Source: the human T2T-CHM13v2.0 reference genome, Homo sapiens | Assembly (NCBI RefSeq): GCF_009914755.1 | Contig: NC_060931.1 | DNA: 64,000 nt | Reading direction: 5' to 3' (one strand) | Shown here: positions 43,295 through 60,519 of the stretch, in pieces | Layout of the letters: each line of letters begins with the position of its first letter | Numbering within the stretch: the first letter of the stretch is position 1 | Made by a program: the position numbers and the translations under genes | The notes under the pieces: model-generated | What the model saw: only the letters and a program-made list of their open reading frames with translations | Database searches by the model: none | Told to the model about the DNA's origin: nothing

Positions 43295-43829
43295 GTACTG
43301 GTCTGTCTTTAATATTTAAAGCTTTCACTTATCTCCATGACATTTGAAATTATTTAGGACAACTCCGATAATTAAAAAAAGAAGAGCTAGGAGGGGAAGG
43401 GAAGGGGATGGGGGTGGTTAAAAAAAAAAAAAAAAAAAAAAGCTTGTAGAAGCCAGGAGTCTCTAGCCAGGTGGATGGAGTCATAACATCTAGACTGTTC
43501 CTGAAAGGAGCTCATGCTTACTGATGCTAATATTCAACAGGTGGCAATTGCAGGGATCATTCTCTCCCTTTCTTCCTTCCAACACAATAGAAGCAAATAA
43601 AAAGCAACTTGAATAGGTTCTTGCACCTTAGCAGCAGGTTTTAAGCTTCACATTCAGAGTAGAGACAAATTTACACTTTGAAAATGAGTATTATCAGTTC
43701 CTTTTTATACTTGTTAGAAACTAACAGTTAAAGACTAAGATTCACTCATGGCAGATAATGGGAAAAGGTGATGAAAGTGTTAGAAATGGTTCTTAAACTT
43801 TCTTTTTCTCCTCTTAAAATAGAGAAATA

Positions 43830-44195
43830 GTCTTCAACCAATGTTACTGACACTTTAATGTGCATAAGAACTGCCTGGGGATTTTGTGAAAGAGGTTGGT
43901 TCATTCAGTCTAGAGTGGAGCCCGAGGTTCTGCATTTCTAACCTGTTGCTGATGCTCTTTGTTTGTGGACTAGCTTTGAAGAACAACTGCCAAATAACCA
44001 GGTTCCATGGAACTAGAACCTGGCTCTCAAACTTCGCTGAACATTAGGATCACCTGGGGGAACTTGTAACACAATGCCCCAGGTCACACCCATACCAGTT
44101 AATTTAGAACGTCCTGAATGGGAGCCAAGTAGCAGCAGTTGTTCAAGATTCCCAGGTGATTCTAATGTACAGTGAGCTTTGGGAGCCACTGGGTT
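43830..44195. mobile_element. MER5-family (hAT-Charlie) fragments
   Basis: TCTGCATTTCTAAC, GGCTCTCAAACTT..TTAGGATCACCTGGGG..CCCAGGTGATTCTAATGTACAG..GAGCCACTG. Confidence 0.7.
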
Positions 44196-45461
44196 AGATA
44201 TCTGTCTACAAGGCCAATTTCTAAATCAGACCTCTGTAATCAGTGTAGTCCTGCCAAGGCCGATATTTAAGGTAGGAAAAATGCTGACATATTTATTGCT
44301 AGTTATTTACCAGTCTCTCATGATCACACCTCTTCTACTTTTTGAGTCTCTTCTTCTGTCTTTTTGAAGGGAGGTATTTTCCTGCTGGACTAACCAAAGT
44401 CTCTCACCCCTAACTCCTGTACCCTGCCTGGGTTTCCCTTCGCTCCTGTTGAATTTAATTGGCTTTAGCTGATTTCAGGGAGGTGCTAGGAAGACAATCT
44501 TTTAACTTCAGTACCAGGAACAATTTTTGGTATGCAGCAGGTGCTCAGATTTTAATTGAACTGAATCTGATGACTTTGGTTCAATATGAGAATCTAGACC
44601 ACTATCAACTGGAACTTGGAGGGGCAGGGCTACACTGTGAAATTCTTGCTCTACTATCTGTGTCTGGCAACAGAAGATACAAGCCTTTTTCAAATTTCTC
44701 TACTCTTTCTCTCAGTACCAGGATCTGCTTAATATTCTGAAAAAGGTATGCCTGCTCCTCAACATTATGATGTGTTTCCATACCAGAGTGTATTATATAT
44801 TTATACTTAGCCAAAGTATATAAAATGTCATATGGTTATTTCTTTATGTATCACGTTGGCCCACATTTCAAAAGAAACAATAATTGTGAATGCTTACCAA
44901 GACATAAAGAAAATGTCATTTGGTTCTTCTCAGTCAATATCTGGGCCCCATCCTTGGAAATTCCAATTTAAAAAATCTAGAGGGGCCTGGGCTTCTGTAT
45001 TTTAAAAGTGTTTCCTCAGTAATTGTATTGAATGGTTTAAGAACTGTCATAAAGAGAAACCCCACAGTTTGAAAAGAGAAACAGAAGGTAAGTAAAGAGA
45101 TCCACAGCAAAGGCACACTTGCTCTTTTATCTATAGGTGTATATGTCCTTGGTGAACCTTACTTTGGTTCATAGAGAAAGTTTATTTTTCTTACAAATGC
45201 AAAAACTACACAAACTGACAACTAAAATAAGACAAAACCTCAAATTAATTGACTTACTTTGTATATATTTAATAAAATTTATTGTAATTAATAAGTACAT
45301 CCCAGGTCTATTTGTTTTAAACGATATTTCTAGAGATGCTTTAGCTGTTTGAGTTACTAATTGCTTTCCAGAGCATGTGGCTCAGAATTTCGTAGTGTTT
45401 TATCCACAGCTCATGACACAGACATTAAGTTTTAAAAGAAGTTGGCTTTGTCATGGAATAA

Positions 45462-45926
45462 TGTGAGAAACACATTTATCCTTCCAAACCCAAAGGATGG
45501 ACTCGGAGACACGCAGTACAGCAGAAGCAAGACTTTTAATGGCAGTCTTGCAAGATCGGGTGTTTAGTAGGCAGGCACACCCGGGGCAGTTACAGCAGGT
45601 AATTTACTTCCTAGCATGTAAGCCCCTCTCCCAGTTCCTCAGTGGTTGAGTACTATGGGGTTACAATATTCCTGGACATTGCCTAAGTTTGCCTGGACAT
45701 ATGCCCCTTATAATGTTATACCCTGGCCCCCTTCCTCACTTAATTTTTGATTTCCCAATAACGAAACTTTCTTCCCTTTTATGGGCTGACTCCTCGTCTA
45801 CATTCTGTTCCTTTATCATGACTTTCTACATGCATGAGCCATGAGGTTTGTCATATCCTCAGGCTGGCTGCCAGTACTTAGATTTATCATGCCTTGAAAA
45901 TTGACCGTATAAAATGTTTTCTCACA
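45462..45926 (-). mobile_element. 3' LTR of copy 2
   Basis: TGTGAGAAA..TTTCTCACA terminal inverted repeats; preceded on the minus strand by PPT GAAAAGAGGAGGGAAC (45928-45943). Confidence 0.92.
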
Positions 45927-45949
45927 AGTTCCCTCCTCTTTTCTATTTA

Positions 45950-48205
<2,256 letters not shown>

Positions 48206-48219
48206 TTGTTGTTAGATTT

Positions 48220-51200
48220 TTCTGGGTTAACTTGAAGGGTTCCTTAGGTGACCTGTGCACTTTACATTCGTCTTTTTTTCTCCCTTCCATTTTTTTTTAA
48301 ACCACTCCCTTGACTTGAGTATAGTGAGTTCACCCCAGTTTAGCTGTTTGCACAGCCAGCTCAGTGGTCGGGAGCACTTGATAGGGACCTTTCCAGCTTA
48401 GGTGGAGCTTGTCTTCTTTCCAAGTCTGGCTCAGCACCAAGTTGCCAGGCTGGAAGTAGTGAGCCGTGAACTCAAGAGGTGAAGTTTGAGTCAGAAGTCC
48501 TTTTAACCTAAGGGATGACAGGGTGGAGTATATGGCCAGTATATAATGTCTTAAGAATTGATCCTTGGTTTCCATAGTAGGGAGATGTCTAGCTGTGCCC
48601 AAATATAGGATCTCATATAATAACTTGTAGAGGGATAATCCCAAGTCTTTTCTTGGGGCTGTTCTAATCCTAAGGAGTGCTACTGGGAGACATTTGGTTC
48701 AAGGCATTTTAAAGATTAGTTTGGTGATATACTTTTGGAGAGTTTGATTCATTCTTTCTACCTTTCCAGAGGAAGGGGGATGCCAAGGGGTGAGATAATC
48801 CCATTTAATTTGAAACCTTCCATAATTCCCCTTAACACCCTTGAGGTAAAGTGGCTCCCATTGTCAGGATTAATATTTTCCATGAGGCCAAATCTAGGTA
48901 CAACCTGTTTTAATATTATTTTGACCACATTCCCAGTGGTGGCTATGGAAGGGGAAAGGCTTCCACCCAGCCAGAAAGGTGATTTACGATTATCAGTAAA
49001 TTCTTTAGTCTTTCTACTTTGGGCATTTCTGTGAAATCTGCTTGAATGCTTTCAAATAATCTTAGTCCTGGAGGTCTTTCTCCCATGGCCTGTTTTATAA
49101 TCACCTTTTTGTTTGTCTTTTGACAAGTTACACAACTTCCACATACTTATTTAGTGAGGGTATAAATCCCTATACACACCCATAATTCCTAAGTATTGCA
49201 TCACACAGAGCCTGGGGTCCCCGAAGACTCCCTTTGTATAATATAGATATTAGTTTTCTCATGGAGTTTACTTATTTCTCTCCCATCAAGAAGTACCCAT
49301 TTGCCATCTTCAGTTTGACCCCTATCCTGTCTAATTCTTCCTTCTTCTCTCTGGTAAACTAGGGCCTTAATACTACCTTAGGGACGTCTGGGATCAGGCT
49401 TGTCTTCTAATTTCCTCGTCCAGGGAGGCTTGCTCAGCAGCGCCATCTGCAAGCTTGTTTCCTGTAGGTTCTATAGTGTTCCCTTTTTGATGACCATTTA
49501 CATGAGCTATGGTTACCTCTGCTGGAAGCAGGAGGCTTTCTAAAACCTGTTTGACCAGTTCCCCATGTACCAATTCCTTTCCGCTGCTATTTATTAGGCC
49601 CCACTCTGTCCAGATTTTTCCAAAAGTGTGTACCACCCCACAGGCATATTTAGAATCAGTATATACAGTGTCTTCTTGGGCTTTAAGGAGCTTTAGGGCC
49701 TGGTTAAGACCATATAATTCACAGGTTTGGGCTGACCAGCTATTAGGTAATCTACCTTTCTCACACAAGAAGTGTTTATTCCCATAAATGACAGCATGGC
49801 CATTATGTCTCTTGCCATCTATCACATGGGACGACCTATCCACAAATAGCCTTATCCCATCATGTAGTGGAGCTTCCCTAAGGTTTGGTCTAACTTTTCT
49901 TTGGTATTCTATGATATCTAAGCAGTTCTGGTCTGATGTCTCTCTTTTTCTCCTCTCCTTTCCATAGGAAACCAGCTGGATTTAGGCAAATATTTGTTGT
50001 TATGAGCAAATAATTTTTTTAACTACTATGGCTTCATATTTTAGAGTCTGAGAATCTGTTAACTATCTCCTGGCTTTTGACTTAATATATTCCTGACCCA
50101 GTGTGGGTTGCTTACTGTTAGGGCCCCACCAAAGGTTAGCTTTCCACTCTCCTAGCAGCAGGGCTGTGGCAGCACTGCTTGTACACATTCAGGCCACCCC
50201 TGAGAGACAGAATCAAGAAGCTTGGAGGCAAAAGCAACAGGTTCCCTCTTCCCTCCCCAGGTTTGAGTGAGCACCCCAAGGGCCGCGCCCTGGTCCATTG
50301 TCACATACACATGGAATGGTTTCTCTAAAGAAGGGAGGGCCAGGACCAGGGCTGTAATGAAGGCCTGCTTTAGCTGTTTTACTGCCTGAATTTCCTTTGG
50401 GACCATTGCAAGGGGTCGGGTTTCTCTTCTAGTAACTTGAGATACAGAATCTTTTTTTGAGCATGAGTTAATTTATTACATACAGTAGCCAGTTAAACCT
50501 AAAAATTTTTGGAGTTCTCTCTTTGTCTTAGGCAAAGGCAGACCCACTATTCCCAATATTCTTTCCGGGTTTATTCTTCGCTTCCCTTTACTAATTAGGT
50601 GTCCTAAATATTTAACTTCTTTTTCTACAAACTGCAATTTGTTCTTAGAGACTTGCAATCTCCATTCGTCTATGAAATTAAGTAAGCTTATGGTGGTTTC
50701 TGATACCTCGGCCCTCTTCTCCCCAGAAATTAAAAGATTATCTGTGTATTATAACAACTGGGTTCCCCTGGAAGGTTGGAATTTCTCCAGGACCTTTTCT
50801 AAGATTTGACGAAATACATTTGGGGCTTCCATGAAACCTTGTGGCAGCACAGTCCAGCGGTACCATTATTTTCTCCCAGTTAATAGGATTTTCCTATTTA
50901 AAGACAAAGAGGTCTCTGCTCCTGAAGTCTAGGGACATGCCCAGAATACATCTTTTAGATCCACCACACTGAACCACTTATGTTCATAGGGTATCTTACT
51001 GAGGAGGGTGTAGGGGTTAGGCACCACAGGGTGGTAGGTCTGGACAAGTTGATACATACCCCTTAGATATTGCACCAATCTGAACGACCCATTAGGCTTT
51101 TTGACTGAGAGAATTGGAGTGTTGTACGGGTGACATGCAGGGTTTTAATAGTCCATTTTTCATTAATCCCTTTATTACTAGCTGGTGATATTTTCTCCCT

Positions 51201-51700
51201 TCAGTATAAATGGGATTTTTTTTTTTTTTTTTTTTTTTTGCAAACTACTTCTCTTGGTTGTTTTAGTTTAATTTGTAAGGGTGTGATTTTTATCCCTCCC
51301 CTGTTGCCTTTTCTAACCCAAACAAGGTGATTAATTTTCTTTCCTCCTCCTCTTTTGGGAGGCCCATTATTACTTTTATTTGTCCTTCCTTTATTCCTAA
51401 TCCTAAACCCAATCCCACAATCATGTTTCGACCCAGGATGTTAGTTTCTGCTTTAGGAACATATAAGAGTGACCAATTTGTTTTGGTCCCAATCTAATTG
51501 ACATTTTCTTGAATATCAGAACCTGAAATCCCTCCCCTTTTACCCGACACTATCAATTTTTCCTTAGAGAGTTCTGTACCCCTTGGTTGGTGACTTAGGG
51601 AGGAGGGATCCACACCAGTATCAACCAAAAATGTCACTTCTTCTCCCTCGGGTCCCACCTTCAGATTTATTCAGGATTCCTGGTGGGTGGGACCTACTCA
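48220..51700 (-). pseudogene. ERV copy 2 pro-pol remnants
   Basis: RNaseH (SAQTCEL..VYTDSKYACGVVHTFG) 49394-49843, RT thumb 50152-50658, IN C-terminus 48330-48644. Confidence 0.88.
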
Positions 51701-51719
51701 GAAGGAACTCCCCCCACAG

Positions 51720-53575
<1,856 letters not shown>

Positions 53576-54013
53576 TTGGTCAGTCTTTGTGTCCAAGCTT
53601 TTCCCTGTGTACTCAACCCCCAACTACTGGAGGTTTCTTGCACACCCCAATTGCTTTGCCTGTCTCTGGACATTTCCCTCATGGGAGAACAGAACTATGG
53701 ATTGGGATTCGAACTCCGCACTTGCTTCATATCTATGTTATATCTCAGTTACACACACTTGACCTCTGAAAATGCCCAACCACCAAGGCAGTACCTATAG
53801 TCCAATTTTCCTCCCTTGGCTTGTGCATGACGTTGCCTGGTTGCCATGGTGCCTGCTTTTCTCCCTGTGTTGCCTCCACTGCCTCCTGAATAAGTCTTGG
53901 GTTTGTTTATGGCCTCTGCAGGGATCCAGGACGCCTGGATAGAGTGGGCCACTTAAATTTTGTGGGACGTGTTTCTGCTCTCGACTGGAGTCCTTCTCTG
54001 CACAGGCACAGAG

Positions 54014-54031
54014 ATCCCAGACGGGCCCCCA
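54014..54031 (-). promoter_or_regulatory. Primer binding site, tRNA-Pro-like (copy 2)
   Basis: TGGGGGCCCGTCTGGGAT versus TGGGGGCTCGTCCGGGAT (2 mismatches). Confidence 0.8.
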
Positions 54032-54035
54032 AGTT

Positions 54036-54494
54036 TGTGAGAAACACATTTACCCATCCGAACCCAAAGAATGGACTTGGAGACATGAAGAACAGTGGAA
54101 GCAAGACTTTTAATGGCGGTCTTGCAAGATTGGGTGTCTGGTAGGCAGGCACACCCGAGGCAGCTACAGCAGGTCATTTATCTCCTAGCATGCAAGTTCT
54201 TCCCCCATTTCCTCATTAGTTGAGTACTATGGGGTTACAATTCTCACAGACGGTGCCTAAGTTTCATTATCCCCCTTATAAGGTTATACCCTGGTCCCTT
54301 TCTCTGCTTAAGTTTCGATTTTCCAACAGTGAAACTTTCCTCCCTTTTAGGGGCTGACCCATTCTCTACATTCTGTTCACTTTTTGTGACTTTCTAGGTG
54401 CATGAGCTGTGCGATTTGTCACATCTGCAGGCTGGCTGCCAGTATTTAGATTTACTATGCCTCAAAAATGGACCCTTTAAAATGTTTTCTCAGA
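54036..54494 (-). mobile_element. 5' LTR of copy 2
   Basis: Direct repeat of 45462-45926; minus-strand TATAA (~54276-54290) and ATTAAA poly(A) signal (~54109-54114). The TSD is imperfect (GAATA/ATAA-like). Confidence 0.92.
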
Positions 54495-54659
54495 ATAGTA
54501 AATAGAGTGAAGTCTGAAACAGTACCCAGTACGTTAGAAATGTTGAATAACTTTAATTTTCTTTGAGCCTGACTTTTAGAAAAAGCTGTTGATATCAAGG
54601 ATTTAATCTAGAAAACAGTCTCCCAGTAGGTAATGCATGTTCAGCCCAACAAATCTAAA

Positions 54660-55270
54660 CTTTTTTCTTTCCAATTTTTATCTTAGATTCAAGGGGTGCA
54701 TGTACTGGTTTGTTACCTGGGTAAATTGTGCATCATGGGAGTTTGGTATACAGAGAGTTTGTTACCCAGGTAATCAGCATAGTATCCGATAGGCAGTTCT
54801 TTAGTCCTCACCCTCCTTCCACCCTCCACCCTCAAGAAGGCCACAGTGTCTGTTGTTCCTTTCTTTGTGCCCATGTGTACTCAATGTTTAGCTCCTAGTT
54901 ATTAATATAAGTGAGAACATGCATGGCCAGGTGCGGTGGCTCGCACCTGTAGTCCTACCACTTTGGGAGGCCAATGTGGGCAGATAACTTGAGGCCAGGA
55001 GTTTGAAACCAGCCTGACCAACATTGCAAAATCTCGTCTCTACTAAAATACGAAAACTAGCTGGGCATGGTGGCACATGCTTGTAATCCTGGCTACTCGG
55101 GAGGCTGAGGCAGGAGAATCGCTTGAACCCAGGAGACATGGAGGATGGAGTGACCCGAGATCTTGCCACTGCACTTCAGCCTCAGTGACAAAGTGAGACT
55201 CTGTCTCAAAAAAAAAAAAAGTGAGAACATACAGTATTTGGTTTTTCTGTTCCTGTGTTAATTTGCTTAA
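54660..55270 (-). mobile_element. L1P 3'-end fragment containing a + strand Alu (54925-55220)
   Basis: L1 3' UTR motifs (TTAGATTCAAGGGG..TTTGTTACCTGGGTAAATTG); Alu TSD AAGTGAGAACAT. Confidence 0.85.
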
Positions 55271-55461
55271 ACCTAAACTCTTCAGCCTGTTTGCAGAGTT
55301 CTTCACAAACTACCCGTGCCGTCCTCACAGCCCAAGTATTGCCATTTCTCTCAGGGGTACTGGCTCTATTTCCAGGATGGTCAAACTGGCAGTTTCCTAC
55401 AAGCACCATACTCCCTGAGTCCCCATGATTTTTATCAGTGTTCTAATTTCTGGAATGCTTG

Positions 55462-55822
55462 TTGTCTTACTCTGTTCAGGTTGCTATCACAAAATACCAC
55501 AGACTTGATGGTGTATCAATACTGGACATTTATTTCTCACAGTTCTGGAGCTGGAAGTTCAAAATCAAGCCAGTAGTGAATTCGGGTATCTGAAGGCTGC
55601 TTCATGGTTTGTAGACGGCCCCTTCTAGCTATGTCTTCACATGGTGGAAGGGGCGAACAAGCTCCGTTGGTCCTATTTTATGGAGACACTAATCCCATTC
55701 ATGAGGACTCAGCCGTCATGACAAATACACCTCCCAAACACTCCACCTCCTAATACCATCATTTTGGGGGTTAGGATTTCAATATATGAATTTTCAGAGG
55801 ACACATATTCACACCATAACAC
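55462..55822 (-). mobile_element. MLT1A-like MaLR LTR
   Basis: TGTCTTACTCTGTTCAGGTTGCTATCACAAAATACC..CACCATAACA. Confidence 0.78.
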
Positions 55823-56946
55823 CTGCCTTGCCCTGTTCTTTCATCTTAAAGATTCAAACCAAGTAACAACTTTTCTGGCAAGTCTTTCTTAATACCATTC
55901 TCTCCCAGAGGCAGATATTTCTCCCGTGTTTTCATATGCATCCTGGACATACCTCTAATCATGGCAGTTCTTATCTTGACTGTCATAGTTCCAGGATCTC
56001 ACCTACTGAGCTCACTGAGGGCAGGGACTATCTTGTACTAATCTCTGTATTACTAGCTTGACATGTAATGGGTGCTAAGTAGGAAAAGGTAATAATAATA
56101 TTTGGAGACATTTGTTTGAACACCATTCAAAAATGAAAGTGAATTTTCAGCTTTTTGTTTAACTAGAAGATTGTATTGTCAAACTAAACTCTAAAAAGGT
56201 AGAATAAACATTTTCTGAGCATTTTGGCTAATTCAAGTTTTATAGTAAAATGTTTATAAACTGGACAGATTATATATAGATTATATCAGAAAAATGAAAA
56301 AATGTTTAAAATGAGTAGATACTTGAAGGGAAAGCAAGAAGAGACCAACTTCATTAATGCAGCATTCTCTTATTAATTACATAATATATGCCAGGCTCTA
56401 GAAATAGGAAAAATACTTTTTCAGAGTTTTCACATAGTTTCATTGATGTTTCCCGTTTCATGGTAGAAGGAGTTCTGAATAAGGTCCATGTGGCTGAATA
56501 AACATCTTTCTGACTACCCAAACTTTAATCCTCTGGGATGCCACCTAGGGCTTGAGAAGATTAATTTACTTCTAGCTTCCATATGATTCAGAAAGATTGT
56601 TTTCATTAATGTGCCTGCCAGTGTGCTCAGTTTGCATCATGAGGGCAGTTTACCTACTTGACATAGCTGCTTATTTCATGCAGTGTTTGAGTTATTGGGA
56701 ACCTCCACAAATGTTTGATAAATGGGTAAATGAATGAACAAGCAGTATGCTAATTCCACTTTGACAGAATTTATGTCTAATTGATTAAATCTAAATGGGT
56801 CACTGACTTTATCCTCTCTTTGTAGATTTGATATCATTGGATATTTATGAAATTGGACAGTTTTGTTGCCAATTTTGTACGACAAGAAAATCTTTGAAGG
56901 AATGCATTGTCTGTAAATTAATTTAACTATGTTTCTCTTTCTCTAG

Positions 56947-57143
56947 ATTTTAGTGCCAGTTCTTTCTAATAAGAACAACCATAAGTCCTGGTCCTGTTTT
57001 ACTTCACAAGATATGGAATATCACATAGAAGTCATGAAAAAGAAGATGTATATTTTTAGGGGCAAAATGTCTAGAAGAACTCTTCTACCAATTCCCACTG
57101 TTGCAGGAAAGATGGATCTGGATCAGAATTGTTCAGAGAACAA
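56947..57143 (+). CDS. DNAH11: DNAH11 exon 3 (197 nt)
   Basis: ctctttctctag/ATTTTA; [36 protein letters not shown]; donor AA/GTACGT. Confidence 0.93.
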
Positions 57144-57183
57144 GTACGTAACAGTACAATATATACAGGATATTAAAGTAGAG

Positions 57184-57320
57184 AGCCAGGCCAGCACGGT
57201 GGCTCATGCCTATAATCCCAGCAATTTGGAGGCTGAGGTGGGAGGGTTGCTTGATCCCAGGAGTTCAAGACTAGCCTGGGCAGCATAGTGAGATCTCATC
57301 TCCACAAATAAAATAAAATG
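57184..57320 (+). mobile_element. FLAM/Alu left monomer
   Basis: GGCCAGCACGGTGGCTCATGCC..A-rich tail. Confidence 0.8.
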
Positions 57321-57747
57321 GAAAGTGAGCATACCCATTTAATATCACACCTCTAGCAAACCCATTAGCAAACAGAGAATTACAGCTACATCATATTTTT
57401 AAAATAAGTGCAGAAACACCATGTGAATTATTTCCTTTTAAAGTATGCTTTTAAAAAGCAAATTATACAAAAAGCAAACTGTAGTAATTGCCATGCCAGT
57501 AACATTATTCCTTTAGTAAAATAGTTTTTGAGGATATAATTCTTTAACAGTGTTTTTTGAGGTTAGAGATATGTCACTGACAGAATAACGTAACCCCACA
57601 ACTCAAATCAAGACCATAAAAATAATGGATTTTCAAGAATTTATTTTTAGGAAACTAGTTTATGGATGCCTAAAATAACTATTAAAGTCTATGTCTTTGG
57701 ATAAAATGATTCATCTTTGAATTATTTTATTATCTTAATGTTTGTAG

Positions 57748-57937
57748 GCCACCGTCAAACGAAAGGATAATACTTCATGCAATTGAATCTGTGGTTATTG
57801 AATGGTCACATCAAATCCAAGAAATTATAGAAAGAGATTCAGTGCAGCGTTTGTTGAATGGTCTTCACTTGTCTCCTCAAGCAGAACTAGATTTCTGGAT
57901 GATGAGGAGAGAAAATCTGTCATGCATTTATGATCAA
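57748..57937 (+). CDS. DNAH11: DNAH11 exon 4 (190 nt)
   Basis: tttgtag/GCCACC; [48 protein letters not shown] (dynein N-terminal DHC_N1-type); donor CAA/GTAAGT. Confidence 0.94.
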
Positions 57938-58431
57938 GTAAGTAGATAGCCCTAGAAATTATAAATTAAATTAGCAAAGTGTCCTGAGCTGCAATGACCA
58001 ATAGTTTTAAAGATTTAACACACTGTCTTTGTATAATTTACTGGTCTGCCCTCTTTTCTTAATCCAGAGTTCTGTGTGTGTGGTGTGCACTTTTGACATT
58101 AATTTAAAGTAACTTTGCCTTTCTGAGAATATTTTGACAGCATTTGAGATGATTGGAAATATTGTGCTACCTTGGAAGAGCAGTACTTACCCAGGGAAGC
58201 GTTGAAGACTGGAAAATTTAATTAGTCAACTTAATTGATTTGGGAAGGAGTGAGGTCTTGCTTGGTAGAGAGACACAGCTTTGGAAAGACTAACTTTGGT
58301 TCCTCTGCTGGGTGCTTGCCATACAAATTACTTACTTAAGGTTCTAAAAGTTAAGACATCCATTCACATGTCTTTTGGAGATTTTCTGAAACAGAAATTT
58401 TATATGGAAAAATTAATATTTTACATATATA

Positions 58432-58985
58432 ATATATTAGGTTCTCTAGATGGATCAACTAATAGGATATATGTATATATGAAAGGGAGTTGATTAAGGA
58501 GAATTGACTCACAGGATCACAAGGTAAAATTCTACAATAGGCTGTCTGTAGTTGAGGAGCAAGGGAGCCAGTTGTGAATCAGTCTGAGTCCCAAAACCTC
58601 AAAAGTAGTGAAGCCAACAGTACAGCCTTCAGTCTGTGGCCAAAGGCCCAAGAGCCCCTGGCAAACCACTGGTGTAAGTCTAAGAGTCCAAAAGCTGAAG
58701 AACTTGGATTCTGATGTTCAAGGGCAGGAAGCGTCCAGCATGGGAGAAGGATGAAGGCCAGAAGACTCAGGAAGTCTGCTTTTCCATCTTCTCCTGCCTG
58801 CTCTATTCTTGCTGCTCTGGCAGCTGATTAGATGGTGCCCACCCAGATTGAGGGTGAGTCTGCCTCTCCCAGTCCATTGACTCAAAATGTTAGTCTCCTT
58901 TGGCAACACCCTCACAGACACACCCAGGAACAATACTTTGCATCCTTCAATCCAATCAAGTTGACACTCAATTATAACTATCACA
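58432..58985 (-). mobile_element. MLT2 (ERVL) solo LTR
   Basis: TATTAGGTTCTCTAGA..CCTTCAATCCAATCAAGTTGACACTCAATTATAACTATCACA. Confidence 0.85.
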
Positions 58986-59215
58986 TATAATAATATATAT
59001 CCAAATTTAAAAACCTAAATGCAAAATAAAATACAAGGCTAAGAAAAAAATGTATTTTTAAAATTATTTTCAACTGGAAACCAGATATAACTTTGAGTGT
59101 TAAATACTGTATCACTTGTGAGTGAAATGGAATTTAAATATTTTATTACAGAATGCATGTATTTAGTAATCGAGTTTATATTTATTAAAGTTCTTCTTTT
59201 TTTCCTTTAACTTAG

Positions 59216-59315
59216 CTTCAGGCACCTGTTGTCCTCAAAATGGTTAAGATCCTGACAACTAAACAAAGCAGCTATTTTCCTACTCTGAAGGACATTTTTC
59301 TGGCTGTGGAAAATG
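59216..59315 (+). CDS. DNAH11: DNAH11 exon 5 (100 nt)
   Basis: cctttaacttag/CTTCAG; [33 protein letters not shown]; donor G/GTAAGA. Confidence 0.93.
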
Positions 59316-60312
59316 GTAAGACTCTTGTTCCTCAGCCTGGCATCAATATCACCATCTGCTCATGATCCAGCCCCTGCCTGCTCGGCCTTGATATTTACCC
59401 TTCCGCCATGTTTGTGGAGTGATTGCTCATGGCTCTTCTAATGATAAATTCATCTCACCCTTTGTACTATATTCTCCACCCATACTAAACTACTTTTAGT
59501 TTATCTGGTATATAGTAGTACCTGCCAAAATGGCTCCAGATTGAAATTTTAATTAGAATGTTTGTGGAGGAGTGAGGCCTTCATTCGGAGTTAAAAAAAA
59601 AAAATAAGTCTGGATAGAGGTTTTCCAATCAACAGATTGGGCTATGGTGAGTCTAGTTATTCATCAGTTCAGTTCTCTGAGTGTGCTTGGTAACCAGTTA
59701 TTTAGCTTGCAAACACTCAAAGCCATCATTGAAGTTTTGGTGAAGATTAAATGTACAGAGTGGAGGGTTTGTTGAACTTTGAATAGACAATGCATGCATC
59801 TTGTTACAAACCAGGAATCATAAAATGATATCCAGTCGAAAGTCTTCTCACCATCCTTGTCCTTCCACTCTCTAGTTTCAGCCCCACCCAAAGATGACAA
59901 CCCTGCTCAGTTCCTTGATTTCTGTTCATGTTTCTTTGCACATGTATAAGCATTTAGTTATGGATATACATGATACTGTGGTTTTAAATAATAAAATAGA
60001 TAATATGGACAAGTAACTTTTTTTGTTTCTAATATTAAAAAGTTTATTTTTTCCCACGTGACATTTGGAAAGTTAGGAAATACTGAAAATTCACTTCAAA
60101 AATGTTTTAATACATCTTTAGGGTTTTCTGCATGAATTCTGTTTAAAAAGAGGGCATAAGATAAGGAGGAATATATACAGCAGGGGCTCTGTAAGATCTG
60201 AATTCCTGTCCCAACCCTGCTTACTGAGCATTTTAAATTTGCTAAGCCTCTGGTTTTTCATTGGCCAAATTGGCCTATTAACACCTTCCTTGAAGAGTTG
60301 CTATGTGGATTT

Positions 60313-60519
60313 AGTATTTCTTAATCTTGTCATGATCAACATTTTGGGTTAGATAATTTTTTTGTTGTGGGGGGCCATCTTACATATTGTAGGATATTTA
60401 GCAGTATCTCTGGCCTTTACCTGCTGGCTCCATCCCTGTTGTGATGATCATAAATGTCTCCAGACATGGCCAAATGTCCCCTGGGGGCAAGATTTCTCCT
60501 GGTTGAGAATCACTGGGTT
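60313..60519. mobile_element. MER20 DNA transposon nested in a MIR (~60180-60590)
   Basis: ACATTTTGGG..GATAATT..TTGTTGTGGGG..AATGTCTCCAGACATGGCCAAATGTCCCCTGGGGGCAA..GGTTGAGAATCACTG. Confidence 0.8.
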
